The position numbers were made by a program, and so were the translations under genes. Below the pieces are notes generated by a model. The model ran no database searches, was not told the DNA's origin, and saw only the letters and a list, made by a program, of their open reading frames with translations. This document shows positions 17,979 through 25,655 of a DNA stretch of 31,258 nucleotides, one piece after another. The first letter of the stretch is position 1; each line of letters opens with the position of its first letter. The stretch comes from a virus (lineage: Duplodnaviria > Caudoviricetes), in IMG/VR virus record IMGVR_UViG_3300031452_000016, positions 1 to 31,258 of that record. One strand, 5' to 3'.

Positions 17979-18209
17979 CTAGCGCTCATTCTCCCGCCCA
18001 GATCCCGGAGCAATAGACCAGCCAAGATCGCAGGACACGCCGTAGTCGTAGATCCGCTTGCGCGCCCACTTCTCGCAGAGGTACTCAACGCGTCTGGTCG
18101 GCATGCCAAGCGTCGTCCTGGCCTGCCGTGGCAACTGCCCTACCTCAAGAGCGGTCCATAGGTCCCGCTCGTCCTGGCGGGCGCCTTCGCCCAGCGGGGA
18201 TGCGGTCAT
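17979..18209 (-). CDS. Small hypothetical protein
   Basis: 76 aa; ATGA-coupled to the upstream ORF. Confidence 0.55.
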   Translation of the reverse strand: MTASPLGEGARQDERDLWTALEVGQLPRQARTTLGMPTRRVEYLCEKWARKRIYDYGVSCDLGWSIAPGSGRENER

Positions 18210-18367
18210 GCCGTCACCCGAACCTCGGTCACCCGGAAGGTGGCCTCGACATCGTTTAGGTGTAGGTGCCAGAGCGCTTTGCTCAGCGAGTCCTCCACCT
18301 GCCGGTCGGACGGCTCGTCGCAGCCGTCCAGTGGTTCCACATCAACGTGCAGGTTGTAGCAACTCAC
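18206..18367 (-). CDS. Small hypothetical protein (53 aa, VSCYNLHVDVEPLDG...)
   Basis: Hand-translated; GTGA and ATGA overlaps at its two ends. Confidence 0.55.
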   Translation of the reverse strand: MSCYNLHVDVEPLDGCDEPSDRQVEDSLSKALWHLHLNDVEATFRVTEVRVTA

Positions 18368-18849
18368 GTCGTCATTCTATCCGGGGCCTCCCCGTCGAGC
18401 GTGGCCAGTTCGGTTTCCAGCCGCCGCAGCTCGGCGTCCACCGCGTCCTCGGTGATGACGGTGATGACCTGCCGGGCCGGGGCGTCCAGGCCGTACAGCT
18501 TCCGCAGGCTCTCCGACGTCGTGCGGATCAGGTTCAGGGCCGCGAGGACCGGACCGGCGTCCTGCACCCCAGTGAGCAGGCGGCCGGCACTGACGTACGG
18601 ATGGTCAGCGTGAACGATCTCCCACGCCTTCGCAATCACCGCCGTCAAACGCTCGGACTCAATCGCCCGGAGTTCGTTCGCTCCCTCAGCAGGCGCCCTG
18701 GCGATAGCACGGGCGACCATCGCGTAGGCACTGCCGGTGTTGACGTTGAGCTCAGCGCCGATCCGACCGTAGGTCCAGCCCTGCGCCCGCAGGTGCGCGG
18801 CGCGGCCATCACGCTCAGCGGTGACGATGGAGCGCTTCAGTCCCGCCAT
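18364..18849 (-). CDS. terS: Terminase small subunit (helix-turn-helix)
   Basis: LRAQGWTYGRIGAEL helix-turn-helix; KLYGLDAP motif; upstream of terL. Confidence 0.75.
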   Translation of the reverse strand: MAGLKRSIVTAERDGRAAHLRAQGWTYGRIGAELNVNTGSAYAMVARAIARAPAEGANELRAIESERLTAVIAKAWEIVHADHPYVSAGRLLTGVQDAGPVLAALNLIRTTSESLRKLYGLDAPARQVITVITEDAVDAELRRLETELATLDGEAPDRMTT

Positions 18850-18976
18850 CTTCGTCTCCCTGTGTGTTGCTCGGGCACTTGTGCGGGACGTTGGGGCTGT
18901 CTGCCAGCCGGGCGGTCAGGGTGGGCTCCTTCCCTGTCGTCTGCGCCAGAACACTGTAGACAGCGGCTGGCGTGGG

Positions 18977-19246
18977 TCAGGGCTCCGAGGGCATGCGGCT
19001 ACGCGCTGCGCAACTCTTACCCTCGCTGGCGATCTTGTCAAGTCGCTGGGTCCGGGTAGTGCCTCGCCACCTACCGGGCTGCAAACTCGCCTCCGTCGCG
19101 AGGCGCAGGCAGTCCGTGGGGCTGACCTCGAGCCGGCCGTTGACCTTGGCGTGCCGGACCTTGCCTTGCGACGCCCAGTTCCGCAAGCTCTGCTCGGGCC
19201 AGTCGAGCCACGTCGCCACGACCGGGAGGGGCGCGAGGTGCGTCAC
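18977..19246 (-). CDS. Small helix-turn-helix DNA-binding protein (excisionase/MerR-like)
   Basis: VATWLDWPEQSLRNWASQGKV pattern; GTGA coupling at 19246. Confidence 0.55.
   Translation of the reverse strand: MTHLAPLPVVATWLDWPEQSLRNWASQGKVRHAKVNGRLEVSPTDCLRLATEASLQPGRWRGTTRTQRLDKIASEGKSCAARSRMPSEP
19013..19041 (-). promoter_or_regulatory. Candidate promoter for the virion gene block
   Basis: Perfect TTGACA (19041-19036) followed 16 nt later by TAAGAGT, an imperfect -10; about 160 nt upstream of terS. Confidence 0.4.
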
Positions 19247-19452
19247 CGGTCGTCCACGGACCGTTCCAGCGCTCTGTCTATCGCCACAGTGAGCGCTTGC
19301 ATGTACCGCTCGGAGAAGTGATCCCAAATCGACGGTGACAGAAACGGAGGTGGTGCGGCTGATACCTCGCCGCGGGTGATCCGCATGGCGTCGTCGCTGA
19401 CTTCCCAGTCATCGATCGCGGCGTCGATAGCGGCCAGCACGTGGCGGGTCAC
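19243..19452 (-). CDS. Small hypothetical protein
   Basis: GTG at 19452 just after the rtcB stop; stop overlaps the next start. Confidence 0.55.
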   Translation of the reverse strand: MTRHVLAAIDAAIDDWEVSDDAMRITRGEVSAAPPPFLSPSIWDHFSERYMQALTVAIDRALERSVDDR

Positions 19453-19459
19453 GACGCTC

Positions 19460-20629
19460 TCAGATGCCCTTGTAGTTGAACACCTGACGCAATGTGTGCA
19501 GCGGCCGGACGAGATCGACCTGATCGGCCATGACCTGCTGAATGTCCTTGTAGGAGGACGGGTGCTCGTCAAGTAGCTGCTCTGCCTTGCCGGACAACCA
19601 CTCACGATCACCCATCGCCTCGCGGAAGGACTCGACGGTCAGTTCCTGGCGTGCGCGCTTGCGGGACATGCGCCGGCCAGCACCGTGTGAGCAGGAGTTG
19701 TACGAGGCTGGGTTGCCGAGTCCTTCCACGATGTAGGAGCAGGTGCCCATCGACCCAGGGATGACGCCCAAGTCACCGACGCTGGCCTTGATGGCGCCTT
19801 TGCGGGTGATCCACATGTCGCGGTTGTGGTGGTGTTCCATCTGCGCGAAGTTGTGGTGGCAGTTGATCGTTCGCTTGACGACGCCGCGCCCTGCGACCTC
19901 AAACAGCGACCGCTCGGCGGCGTTCATCATCGCCTGGCGGGAGCCGAAAGCGTAGCGCTGCGCCCACAGCATGTCCGCGATGTAGTGCTCAAACTCCGGT
20001 GTGCCTTGCGCGAGGTAGGCGAGGTTTGGGTCGGGCAGGTCGATGAACCATCGCCGCATTAGGCCCTTGGCTTCCGTGACGGCCCGCTGAGCGAGCTGGT
20101 TGCCGATGCCACGGGACCCGGAGTGCAGGACAAGCCAAACGCGGTCGCTTTCGTCCAGACAGACCTCTACGAAGTGGTTGCCGGAGCCGAGGGTGCCGAA
20201 CTGAGCGGTGGTGGTCGCTTCCTGCTTCGCGGTGAGTTCGGTCGCTGGCATCCCTACCTGCTCGAACGCCGTGTACTCGTCGGGCTGTGACGGACCGGCG
20301 AACTGCTTCCCGACTCCGGCCGGGATGCGCTGCTCGATGAGCGGCATCAGGGAGTGCAGGCTGTCCGGTAGGTCGCTGGCGGTGAGGTCGGTTTCGGTTG
20401 CGATCATGCCGCAGCCGATATCCACCCCGATGGCGTAGGGGATGATCGCGCCGAGCGTCGGAATGACTGTCCCGATGGGCGGACCGAACCCGCTGTGCGC
20501 GTCTGGCATGAGCGCGACGTGTGACGGCACGCACGCAAGGGATGCCGCGATGGCCGCATCGTCAAGTGTCTTGTCCTCGACATTGCTGCCCCAAGAAAGC
20601 ACCTTTGGGCGGGGGGTCGTGATGGTCAT
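19460..20629 (-). CDS. rtcB: RtcB-family RNA 2',3'-cyclic-phosphate/5'-OH ligase
   Basis: MPDAH, GVDIGCG, GTLGSGNHF, HSGSRG, HHN, RKGA, PGSMG, SCSHGAGR and DEHPSSYK motifs all present; GGAGGA ribosome-binding site. Confidence 0.97.
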   Translation of the reverse strand: MTITTPRPKVLSWGSNVEDKTLDDAAIAASLACVPSHVALMPDAHSGFGPPIGTVIPTLGAIIPYAIGVDIGCGMIATETDLTASDLPDSLHSLMPLIEQRIPAGVGKQFAGPSQPDEYTAFEQVGMPATELTAKQEATTTAQFGTLGSGNHFVEVCLDESDRVWLVLHSGSRGIGNQLAQRAVTEAKGLMRRWFIDLPDPNLAYLAQGTPEFEHYIADMLWAQRYAFGSRQAMMNAAERSLFEVAGRGVVKRTINCHHNFAQMEHHHNRDMWITRKGAIKASVGDLGVIPGSMGTCSYIVEGLGNPASYNSCSHGAGRRMSRKRARQELTVESFREAMGDREWLSGKAEQLLDEHPSSYKDIQQVMADQVDLVRPLHTLRQVFNYKGI

Positions 20630-20659
20630 AGTTCCTCCATGTCGATCATGTGGGTTGTG

Positions 20660-21607
20660 TCATCCGCTGGCCTCGAACGCTGCTTGCGCGGCCTGCCGCT
20701 CGCGCTCCCGGTCGCGTTCCCGTTCGAGCAACTGCCGGCGGGCGAGGGCGTAGGCGGCGGCGGTGTAACCGCGGTGGCAGCGCTCGCAGGTGATGCGTGG
20801 CGGGTCCTGCTCGACCAGGCCGGTCCACGACGCGGTGGACGGCGCGGGCAGCGGCCCAACCTGGCCGGGAAGCCACCACTGGTGCGGTGTGACGACCTGC
20901 GCGACGGTGGCCTCGACCAGCTGGACGATGAGCTGGCCGCCACAGTCGAAGCACGCCGCTTCCGGCCGGGCGGGTGTGCGGATCAGCGCCGATGCCCGTT
21001 CCAGGGTCCGGTGGAGGTTGCGCAGGTCGGCGGCCAGCTCGTTGAACGCCGGGTGTTCTCTACTGGCCTGTCGCATCCGTCGCTCAAGGTAGGCGCAGGC
21101 CTGCCTCATCTGCGCAGCCGGGGTGCGCGGTCGGACGTCGGCCGCCTGGTCGCCGAACCGGTCGGCCCAATCCTCGGCCCACCAGCCGAGTTCGTAGGCG
21201 ACGCTCACGGGGTCGCCGTCCTTGGTCGTGTGGCCGTCCTCGCTGTCCCCGCGGCTCCCCGGGCCGAGCAGGGCCAGGACGTCCCCGCCGGGCAGGGGCC
21301 GGCCGTCCGATGCGCTCGGGCTGCTGCAGCCCAGGCGGGGGCCGCGCAGATGCCCCAGGTGCGAGCCAAGGTCGTCGTACAACGTGCGGATCCCGGACAG
21401 ATGCTCGCGGGCGGTCTGGAGGCACGGGGTGCCATCGCCGGGGTCGCGGGTCTCGCAAACACCGAGCTCTCCACGAGGGAGGCTGCGACCACATACGACA
21501 CAACGGGGGTGATCGAGGTCGGTGGCGTGGACCTGGGCCTGCTCGCGGGCGGGGACGTCGCTGTCCGGGTCCGGCCGCCATGGGCAACGGGCGCAGGAAG
21601 TTGTCAC
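20660..21607 (-). CDS. Multi-zinc-finger hypothetical protein (possible late regulator)
   Basis: CxxC pairs: CARC, CVVC, CFDC, CERC; GTGA coupling; position at the end of the early region. Confidence 0.6.
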   Translation of the reverse strand: MTTSCARCPWRPDPDSDVPAREQAQVHATDLDHPRCVVCGRSLPRGELGVCETRDPGDGTPCLQTAREHLSGIRTLYDDLGSHLGHLRGPRLGCSSPSASDGRPLPGGDVLALLGPGSRGDSEDGHTTKDGDPVSVAYELGWWAEDWADRFGDQAADVRPRTPAAQMRQACAYLERRMRQASREHPAFNELAADLRNLHRTLERASALIRTPARPEAACFDCGGQLIVQLVEATVAQVVTPHQWWLPGQVGPLPAPSTASWTGLVEQDPPRITCERCHRGYTAAAYALARRQLLERERDRERERQAAQAAFEASG

Positions 21608-21918
21608 AACCGGATGAATGACACCGGCAGGACAAAGCCGCAGACTTGGCAGCGGTAATATCCCGCTTTGATCGTATACATTCTTCCCTGGAAGATCGTC
21701 CCTTTGTCCTCGTGGTATAGGCGCATCCAGTCTCCATCTCCCTCGGCGGCACGGTAGATGCGTTCTTGATCGGCGGGGGCTTCTAGCGTGTCGTCATCGT
21801 GCTCCATCACGCCGTACATACGGTTGAGCAATGCGACTTGCTCGGCATGTTCTCGGGCTTGAGGACTGAAGGACTGCGGGCAGAGGATCCGTGCGTTGGG
21901 ATCGTTGATAAGAGTCAC
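21604..21918 (-). CDS. Hypothetical protein with C-terminal CQVC
   Basis: Coupled at both ends; visibly lower GC. Confidence 0.6.
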   Translation of the reverse strand: MTLINDPNARILCPQSFSPQAREHAEQVALLNRMYGVMEHDDDTLEAPADQERIYRAAEGDGDWMRLYHEDKGTIFQGRMYTIKAGYYRCQVCGFVLPVSFIRL

Positions 21919-22208
21919 GCCGCTCCTGTCTGTGCGCCGTTCTGCGGGCCGTTCAGGTGCTGGGCCTTACCCGAGTGTGGGGCTGGCGCCGTCGTTGCGG
22001 GTGGGGGCCGGTCGGGCCAAGCAGCCCGGAGTGCCTCGGTGCGGGTGCGGCCCTCGGCGAGCAGTTGCATGCTGAAGCCGTAGGCGCCCCAGCACGAGTA
22101 CCAGGCGATGACGCAGCCCAGCGGTCCACCGGTCGCCCTGTCGTGCACGAGGTACGCCTTGTCGTCGTAGCAGCGCAGGACTAGCCCGGACGGCGGCTGG
22201 CGGGTCAT
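21915..22208 (-). CDS. Hypothetical protein
   Basis: ATGA coupling at 22208. Confidence 0.55.
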   Translation of the reverse strand: MTRQPPSGLVLRCYDDKAYLVHDRATGGPLGCVIAWYSCWGAYGFSMQLLAEGRTRTEALRAAWPDRPPPATTAPAPHSGKAQHLNGPQNGAQTGAA

Positions 22209-22573
22209 GTGCAGACCGTCGTGGGGATGCCGTGATCCCGTGCTAGCCGAGCGGTGTGAGTGGCCCCTCGGCTGCCGTCTCGGATAAACGCGAGGCACAC
22301 GTCGGCCCCGAGGTTGACCATCTCGGTGTTGCGCCGGAAGCCCGCTGCCTTGCCGTGTTTCTCCCAGTCGGCGGGGTGCCGTTCGATGGTCCAGCTAAGC
22401 CAGATGGCATGCTCCTCGGCCATCCGGTCGGCGCCGGTCGGGCAGGCGCCGCTGACCAGGACACAGCGGCCGTGCGCGTCGTGAACTAGATCCAAGGCGC
22501 GGTGAATGACCAATCGGTTCTTCCAGTCGCGGGAGCCGGTGATGAGCACGCGGTAGAGCTTGATCTCGCTCAT
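22205..22573 (-). CDS. SLOG-superfamily protein (DUF2493/YspA-like)
   Basis: [40 protein letters not shown] and SRGATHT motifs. Confidence 0.88.
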   Translation of the reverse strand: MSEIKLYRVLITGSRDWKNRLVIHRALDLVHDAHGRCVLVSGACPTGADRMAEEHAIWLSWTIERHPADWEKHGKAAGFRRNTEMVNLGADVCLAFIRDGSRGATHTARLARDHGIPTTVCT

Positions 22574-22845
22574 GACGCTTCCTGTCCGCTGAGGGTGTCG
22601 GCTCGGCACGGTCCGCACGTCCTGGCCCACTGCCCGACGTGCTCGGGGCAGCGGTCGGGGTCGCGGTGGTTCGGGGAATCTGAGGAAGTCGAAGTGGAGC
22701 TGGCTGGGCTGGTGGCGGCGGGGAGCACGAGGGTGTGCCGGCAGTCGAGGCAACGAAGCCGCCGGACGTCGAGCAGGACGCAGCGGTGGCGGTCGTTGCC
22801 GGCGGGGTTGTCGAGGTGCCGGGTGAGCAGGTTATCGGCGGTCAT
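22570..22845 (-). CDS. Cys/His-rich protein resembling the C-terminal module of actinophage replication initiators
   Basis: ATG at 22845; CLDC and CPEH...CGPCRAD motifs. Confidence 0.55.
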   Translation of the reverse strand: MTADNLLTRHLDNPAGNDRHRCVLLDVRRLRCLDCRHTLVLPAATSPASSTSTSSDSPNHRDPDRCPEHVGQWARTCGPCRADTLSGQEAS

Positions 22846-23018
22846 CGGGGGTCCGCCGTCGTGTGCGCGTAACTCCACTTCAACGGTCCTCTCAAGGTAA
22901 CCACAACCCCAGAACCAGAACCAGAACCAGGCCATAGGTCGGCCATCCATTTGCCATAGCACTTGGCATGGCACTTGCTACGGCGTTTGCTATGGCACTT
23001 GCCATCGGTACAGGTCAT
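22842..23018 (-). CDS. 58-aa ORF spanning the repeat array (MTCTDGKCHSKRRSKCHAKCYGKWMADLWPGSGSGSG...)
   Basis: Hand-translated; ATGA overlap at both ends. Confidence 0.45.
   Translation of the reverse strand: MTCTDGKCHSKRRSKCHAKCYGKWMADLWPGSGSGSGVVVTLRGPLKWSYAHTTADPR
22909..23005. repeat. Iteron-like 12-bp degenerate repeats x5 plus (CCAGAA)3; candidate replication origin
   Basis: Minus strand ATGGCAAGTGCC/ATAGCAAACGCC/GTAGCAAGTGCC/ATGCCAAGTGCT/ATGGCAAATGGA at 23005-22946; lower GC; adjacent to the initiator-like gene. Confidence 0.65.
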
Positions 23019-23410
23019 CTGCCCCTCACATCCGCAAGCCTCGTGACGTCCTCAAGGCGGCCACCCCACCGCTTCGCCGCACCCTTCCGACCTGCCGCAG
23101 ATCGATGGCGCCGCAGTTCCTCCAACTCCTCAGGCGTTCGGTTCCAACCGAAGTAGTCGTGGATCTGCCAGCCGCCCTCAACTTGAATCCACAGGCCAGC
23201 GCCGACCAGACCTTTGATACGCGCCGCTGTCTTTGTCGGCGTGAGCATTGCTGGCATGACTTGCGGAATGAACCCGCCGTTCTGCTGCTCATTCACGTAG
23301 TCCAGCCCGCGGCACCACAGAACCTCGGCCAACTCGCCGCCGCTCGTAGCATTCGCGGCGAGCATCTTCGGGTGCCGGTAATAGCCGATGACCAGGATCG
23401 TGACTGGCAT
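23015..23410 (-). CDS. Phage replication-initiator-like protein, N-terminal domain
   Basis: HPK...LVGAGLW...GWQIHDY...R-rich AAGRKGAAKRW pattern seen in actinophage RepA-like proteins. Confidence 0.7.
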   Translation of the reverse strand: MPVTILVIGYYRHPKMLAANATSGGELAEVLWCRGLDYVNEQQNGGFIPQVMPAMLTPTKTAARIKGLVGAGLWIQVEGGWQIHDYFGWNRTPEELEELRRHRSAAGRKGAAKRWGGRLEDVTRLADVRGR

Positions 23411-23619
23411 CAGCGGCCACCCGCCGGGTGCTTGTCGAGCAGCGTCTTCGTGAACAGCAGTATCGCCGCGTCCATCGGCAGACCGCCGCGGTTGTACTCC
23501 CACCAGTACCTGAGGAGCACGAGGGCTTCCCGCTGCTCCTCCAACGTCAGGTGCGAACGGTCGTCGTCGGTCATCGGCTCTCCTCCTGCTGCACAGCCCG
23601 CCGGCAGGGCGTAGGTCAC
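23410..23619 (-). CDS. Small hypothetical protein
   Basis: Coupled at both ends; alternative ATG at 23574 with AGGAG. Confidence 0.55.
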   Translation of the reverse strand: MTYALPAGCAAGGEPMTDDDRSHLTLEEQREALVLLRYWWEYNRGGLPMDAAILLFTKTLLDKHPAGGR

Positions 23620-23909
23620 GGGGTGGCCCTACGGCGCCGGTTGCGAGCAACGGCCTCGGCGCTCCACGCCGTGGTGCACGGGCGGCAGCGGCACCTCCAG
23701 TTGCTGTACGTGTTGGCCTCGCCGTGTGGCGCCAAGCTCGGGTCAGCAGCGAGCCGAGTCGCTCGGACGCTGCGCTCTCCCTGGATTCTTCGCGCGTTCG
23801 CAGCTTGGCAGTCAGGGCAGCGGCACCTGAGGTTGGTGTAGCCGTTCGCAGTCCCGTGCCTTGGGTCGCCGTAGGGCAACGGGTGCGGCCAGATGTACGA
23901 CGTGCTCAT
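23616..23909 (-). CDS. Protein with two HG-x4-Y-x3-RCRC-x2-C zinc-binding repeats
   Basis: HGTANGYTNLRCRCPDC and HGEANTYSNWRCRCRPC; AAGGA ribosome-binding site. Confidence 0.75.
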   Translation of the reverse strand: MSTSYIWPHPLPYGDPRHGTANGYTNLRCRCPDCQAANARRIQGERSVRATRLAADPSLAPHGEANTYSNWRCRCRPCTTAWSAEAVARNRRRRATP

Positions 23910-24130
23910 GGCGTTCCTTTCCTCAGTGCCTGGCGGATCCGGCCGGTGAGCAGGACCCGGCTGTGCCCCACATGCCAGTGCTCCGGGCCCTGCACGGGGC
24001 ATCTGTAGACCGACAGATCGCGGTGGTGGGTGTCCCGCTGGAGGTCGGTCATCGCGGCCACGGCGAGGTTGCGGGTGGGGTAGCGGCGTTTCTCCAGCCG
24101 CAGACACGGACCGGACAGGGCGGTGGTCAC
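23906..24130 (-). CDS. Small Zn-binding hypothetical protein (YRCP...HWHVGH)
   Basis: GTGA coupling with the methyltransferase stop. Confidence 0.65.
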   Translation of the reverse strand: MTTALSGPCLRLEKRRYPTRNLAVAAMTDLQRDTHHRDLSVYRCPVQGPEHWHVGHSRVLLTGRIRQALRKGTP

Positions 24131-25227
24131 GCGTGCGTCCAAATCAGCAGGCAGCAACCGAACGGTGGGCGCTCGTTAGGTCCGACGTCGAGCTGCCCGG
24201 CCTTGATGAACCGCATGCGACCGGGAAGGAACTCGACTCGTAGGCCGGATCCGGCTCGGTCGCGGTGCGGCTCGACCTGCTGCTGCCACCACTTCTGCTC
24301 GCAGCGGTTCGCAGGCAGGAGCATGACGATGCCGAGGGCGCGGTCTGCCTCGAGCCATGCCTTGCGAACCCACGGCTCGATTGAGCTGTATGGCGGGTTG
24401 CAAAAAACGGTCTCAGGCCGCAGCGAACATGCGATGCATCTCATACAGGAACTGCTCGATGACCAGTCGTCGTTCGGCTGGGACCCACTCAACGGGGAGA
24501 CGCGCTCCCTCCCGTCTATTGCAGGACTGACAAGCTGGGACGATGTTCCAAGGAACTGTGCCGGGACAATCGGTGGCGGCGAAGGGAATGTAGTGATCTT
24601 GCTCAAGGGCTCCGTCTGCGCCGCAGTAAGAGCAGCAACACCTCCAGAAGTCGCAGGCGCGCTGCCATGCTTCGGCGGACCACTGGTAGGGAAGTGATTC
24701 GCGCCGCTGACGCCGCCAGTTGTTATCCACCCGGCTGGCATCCCGCTTCCACTGACGTCCCTGCGGCGAGACTCGATACCGCTCTTTTTCTGCGATAAGT
24801 TTTGAGCGAAGTTGAGGGTCAGCTCGTCTTGCAGCTTGCCGCTCTCGAGAACGTCGTCGGTCGCATTCTCGGCACTGACTGTATCGGCCGTTTCGCTTCG
24901 CAGTGCGGGGAACGAACGAGCATCGGTCACGCCAGACTCGGCAATTGGTACATCGGATGAGTGACACGAGCATCGGCAATCCACTCCGTAGGTATTGATC
25001 CATCTTGGCCCCCACGACTGTCTCAGCCCGTCCGTCGTCCGGTCGAAGTAGCGGTGACACTTCGTGTTGTGCGCGGCAGCTGCCACGTCCAGGGTGAACG
25101 GGCCGAGGCGCTCGGAGAACTGCTCGAAGTGGAGCGGGTGTGTTGCGCGGTCGTCCACATCGTCTAGCGGTCCTGCAGGAAGGGTCTGCTGCGGATGGTT
25201 CTGCGCCTTGAAGCCGAGCAAGCTCAT
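24127..25227 (-). CDS. dam: Phage DNA N6-adenine methyltransferase (Dam/PF05869-like) with a 197-codon in-frame insertion
   Basis: FTLDVAA..HNTKC..YF..DGLRQSW before the insert; VFCNPPYS, VMLLPANR, WWQ, GRMRF and PPFG after it; ATGA-coupled start at 25227. Confidence 0.9.
   Translation of the reverse strand: MSLLGFKAQNHPQQTLPAGPLDDVDDRATHPLHFEQFSERLGPFTLDVAAAAHNTKCHRYFDRTTDGLRQSWGPRWINTYGVDCRCSCHSSDVPIAESGVTDARSFPALRSETADTVSAENATDDVLESGKLQDELTLNFAQNLSQKKSGIESRRRDVSGSGMPAGWITTGGVSGANHFPTSGPPKHGSAPATSGGVAALTAAQTEPLSKITTFPSPPPIVPAQFLGTSSQLVSPAIDGRERVSPLSGSQPNDDWSSSSSCMRCIACSLRPETVFCNPPYSSIEPWVRKAWLEADRALGIVMLLPANRCEQKWWQQQVEPHRDRAGSGLRVEFLPGRMRFIKAGQLDVGPNERPPFGCCLLIWTHA
24413..25003 (-). CDS. 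HNH endonuclease nested out of frame within the methyltransferase gene
   Basis: N-terminal CTNC...CREC zinc ribbon, then CSYC...EQDHYIP...WNIVPACQSCN HNH motif; start at 25003 or 24973. Confidence 0.9.
   Translation of the reverse strand: MDQYLRSGLPMLVSLIRCTNCRVWRDRCSFVPRTAKRNGRYSQCRECDRRRSRERQAARRADPQLRSKLIAEKERYRVSPQGRQWKRDASRVDNNWRRQRRESLPYQWSAEAWQRACDFWRCCCSYCGADGALEQDHYIPFAATDCPGTVPWNIVPACQSCNRREGARLPVEWVPAERRLVIEQFLYEMHRMFAAA
24418..25008 (-). mobile_element. 591-bp homing-endonuclease-like insertion element
   Basis: Removing it restores QSWGPETVFCNPPY; GGCC occurs at both junctions; lower GC than the flanks. Confidence 0.75.
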
Positions 25228-25655
25228 GCGGCTCCTTCGGTGGGTTGTGTGGCGCGACGCCGGATCTGGCGGGCGGCCTGGTAGGCGATCTCGGCAGTGG
25301 CGCACGGCTCGCACGCGGTCTCGCGGTGGCTTCGGTGCCGGTTGAAGGCGGCGTGCGACCCGCACGGCGCCAGTCCGCGAGAAACGCGCAGCAACGGCTC
25401 GTACGGCACTGGGGCGCGAGGAACCAACAGAAGTGATCCGAGGGGTGTCAGCTGGTCTGTCCAGGCCGGCAGGTCACCAGCGGTGCAACTGTCATTGACC
25501 ATCCCAGCGAGCAGCACCACAGCGGCCGGCAAGTCCAGCAGGTCCACTGCGGTCTTGACCTCGTGGACATCGCCACTGCGGACCGCCCCGATGAGTTCCA
25601 GGATGGTGGGGAGCGCCATCTCGACCCGGCGGGCACCCTGACGTGAGGGGGTCAT
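25224..25655 (-). CDS. Hypothetical protein with C-terminal PCG..RH...C..C zinc motif
   Basis: PCGSHAAFNRHRSHRETACEPC; coupled at both ends. Confidence 0.7.
   Translation of the reverse strand: MTPSRQGARRVEMALPTILELIGAVRSGDVHEVKTAVDLLDLPAAVVLLAGMVNDSCTAGDLPAWTDQLTPLGSLLLVPRAPVPYEPLLRVSRGLAPCGSHAAFNRHRSHRETACEPCATAEIAYQAARQIRRRATQPTEGAA

Noticed and set aside
24418-25008. Intein or group I intron as explanation for the methyltransferase insert
   Set aside because: No Cys/Ser start or His-Asn end at the junctions, and the HNH ORF fills nearly the whole insert, leaving no visible room for a ribozyme core. Not excluded by a covariance-model search.
19460-25227. RtcB acting to splice out the methyltransferase insert
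   Set aside because: No sequence evidence links them; no bulge-helix-bulge structure or splicing nuclease was seen.
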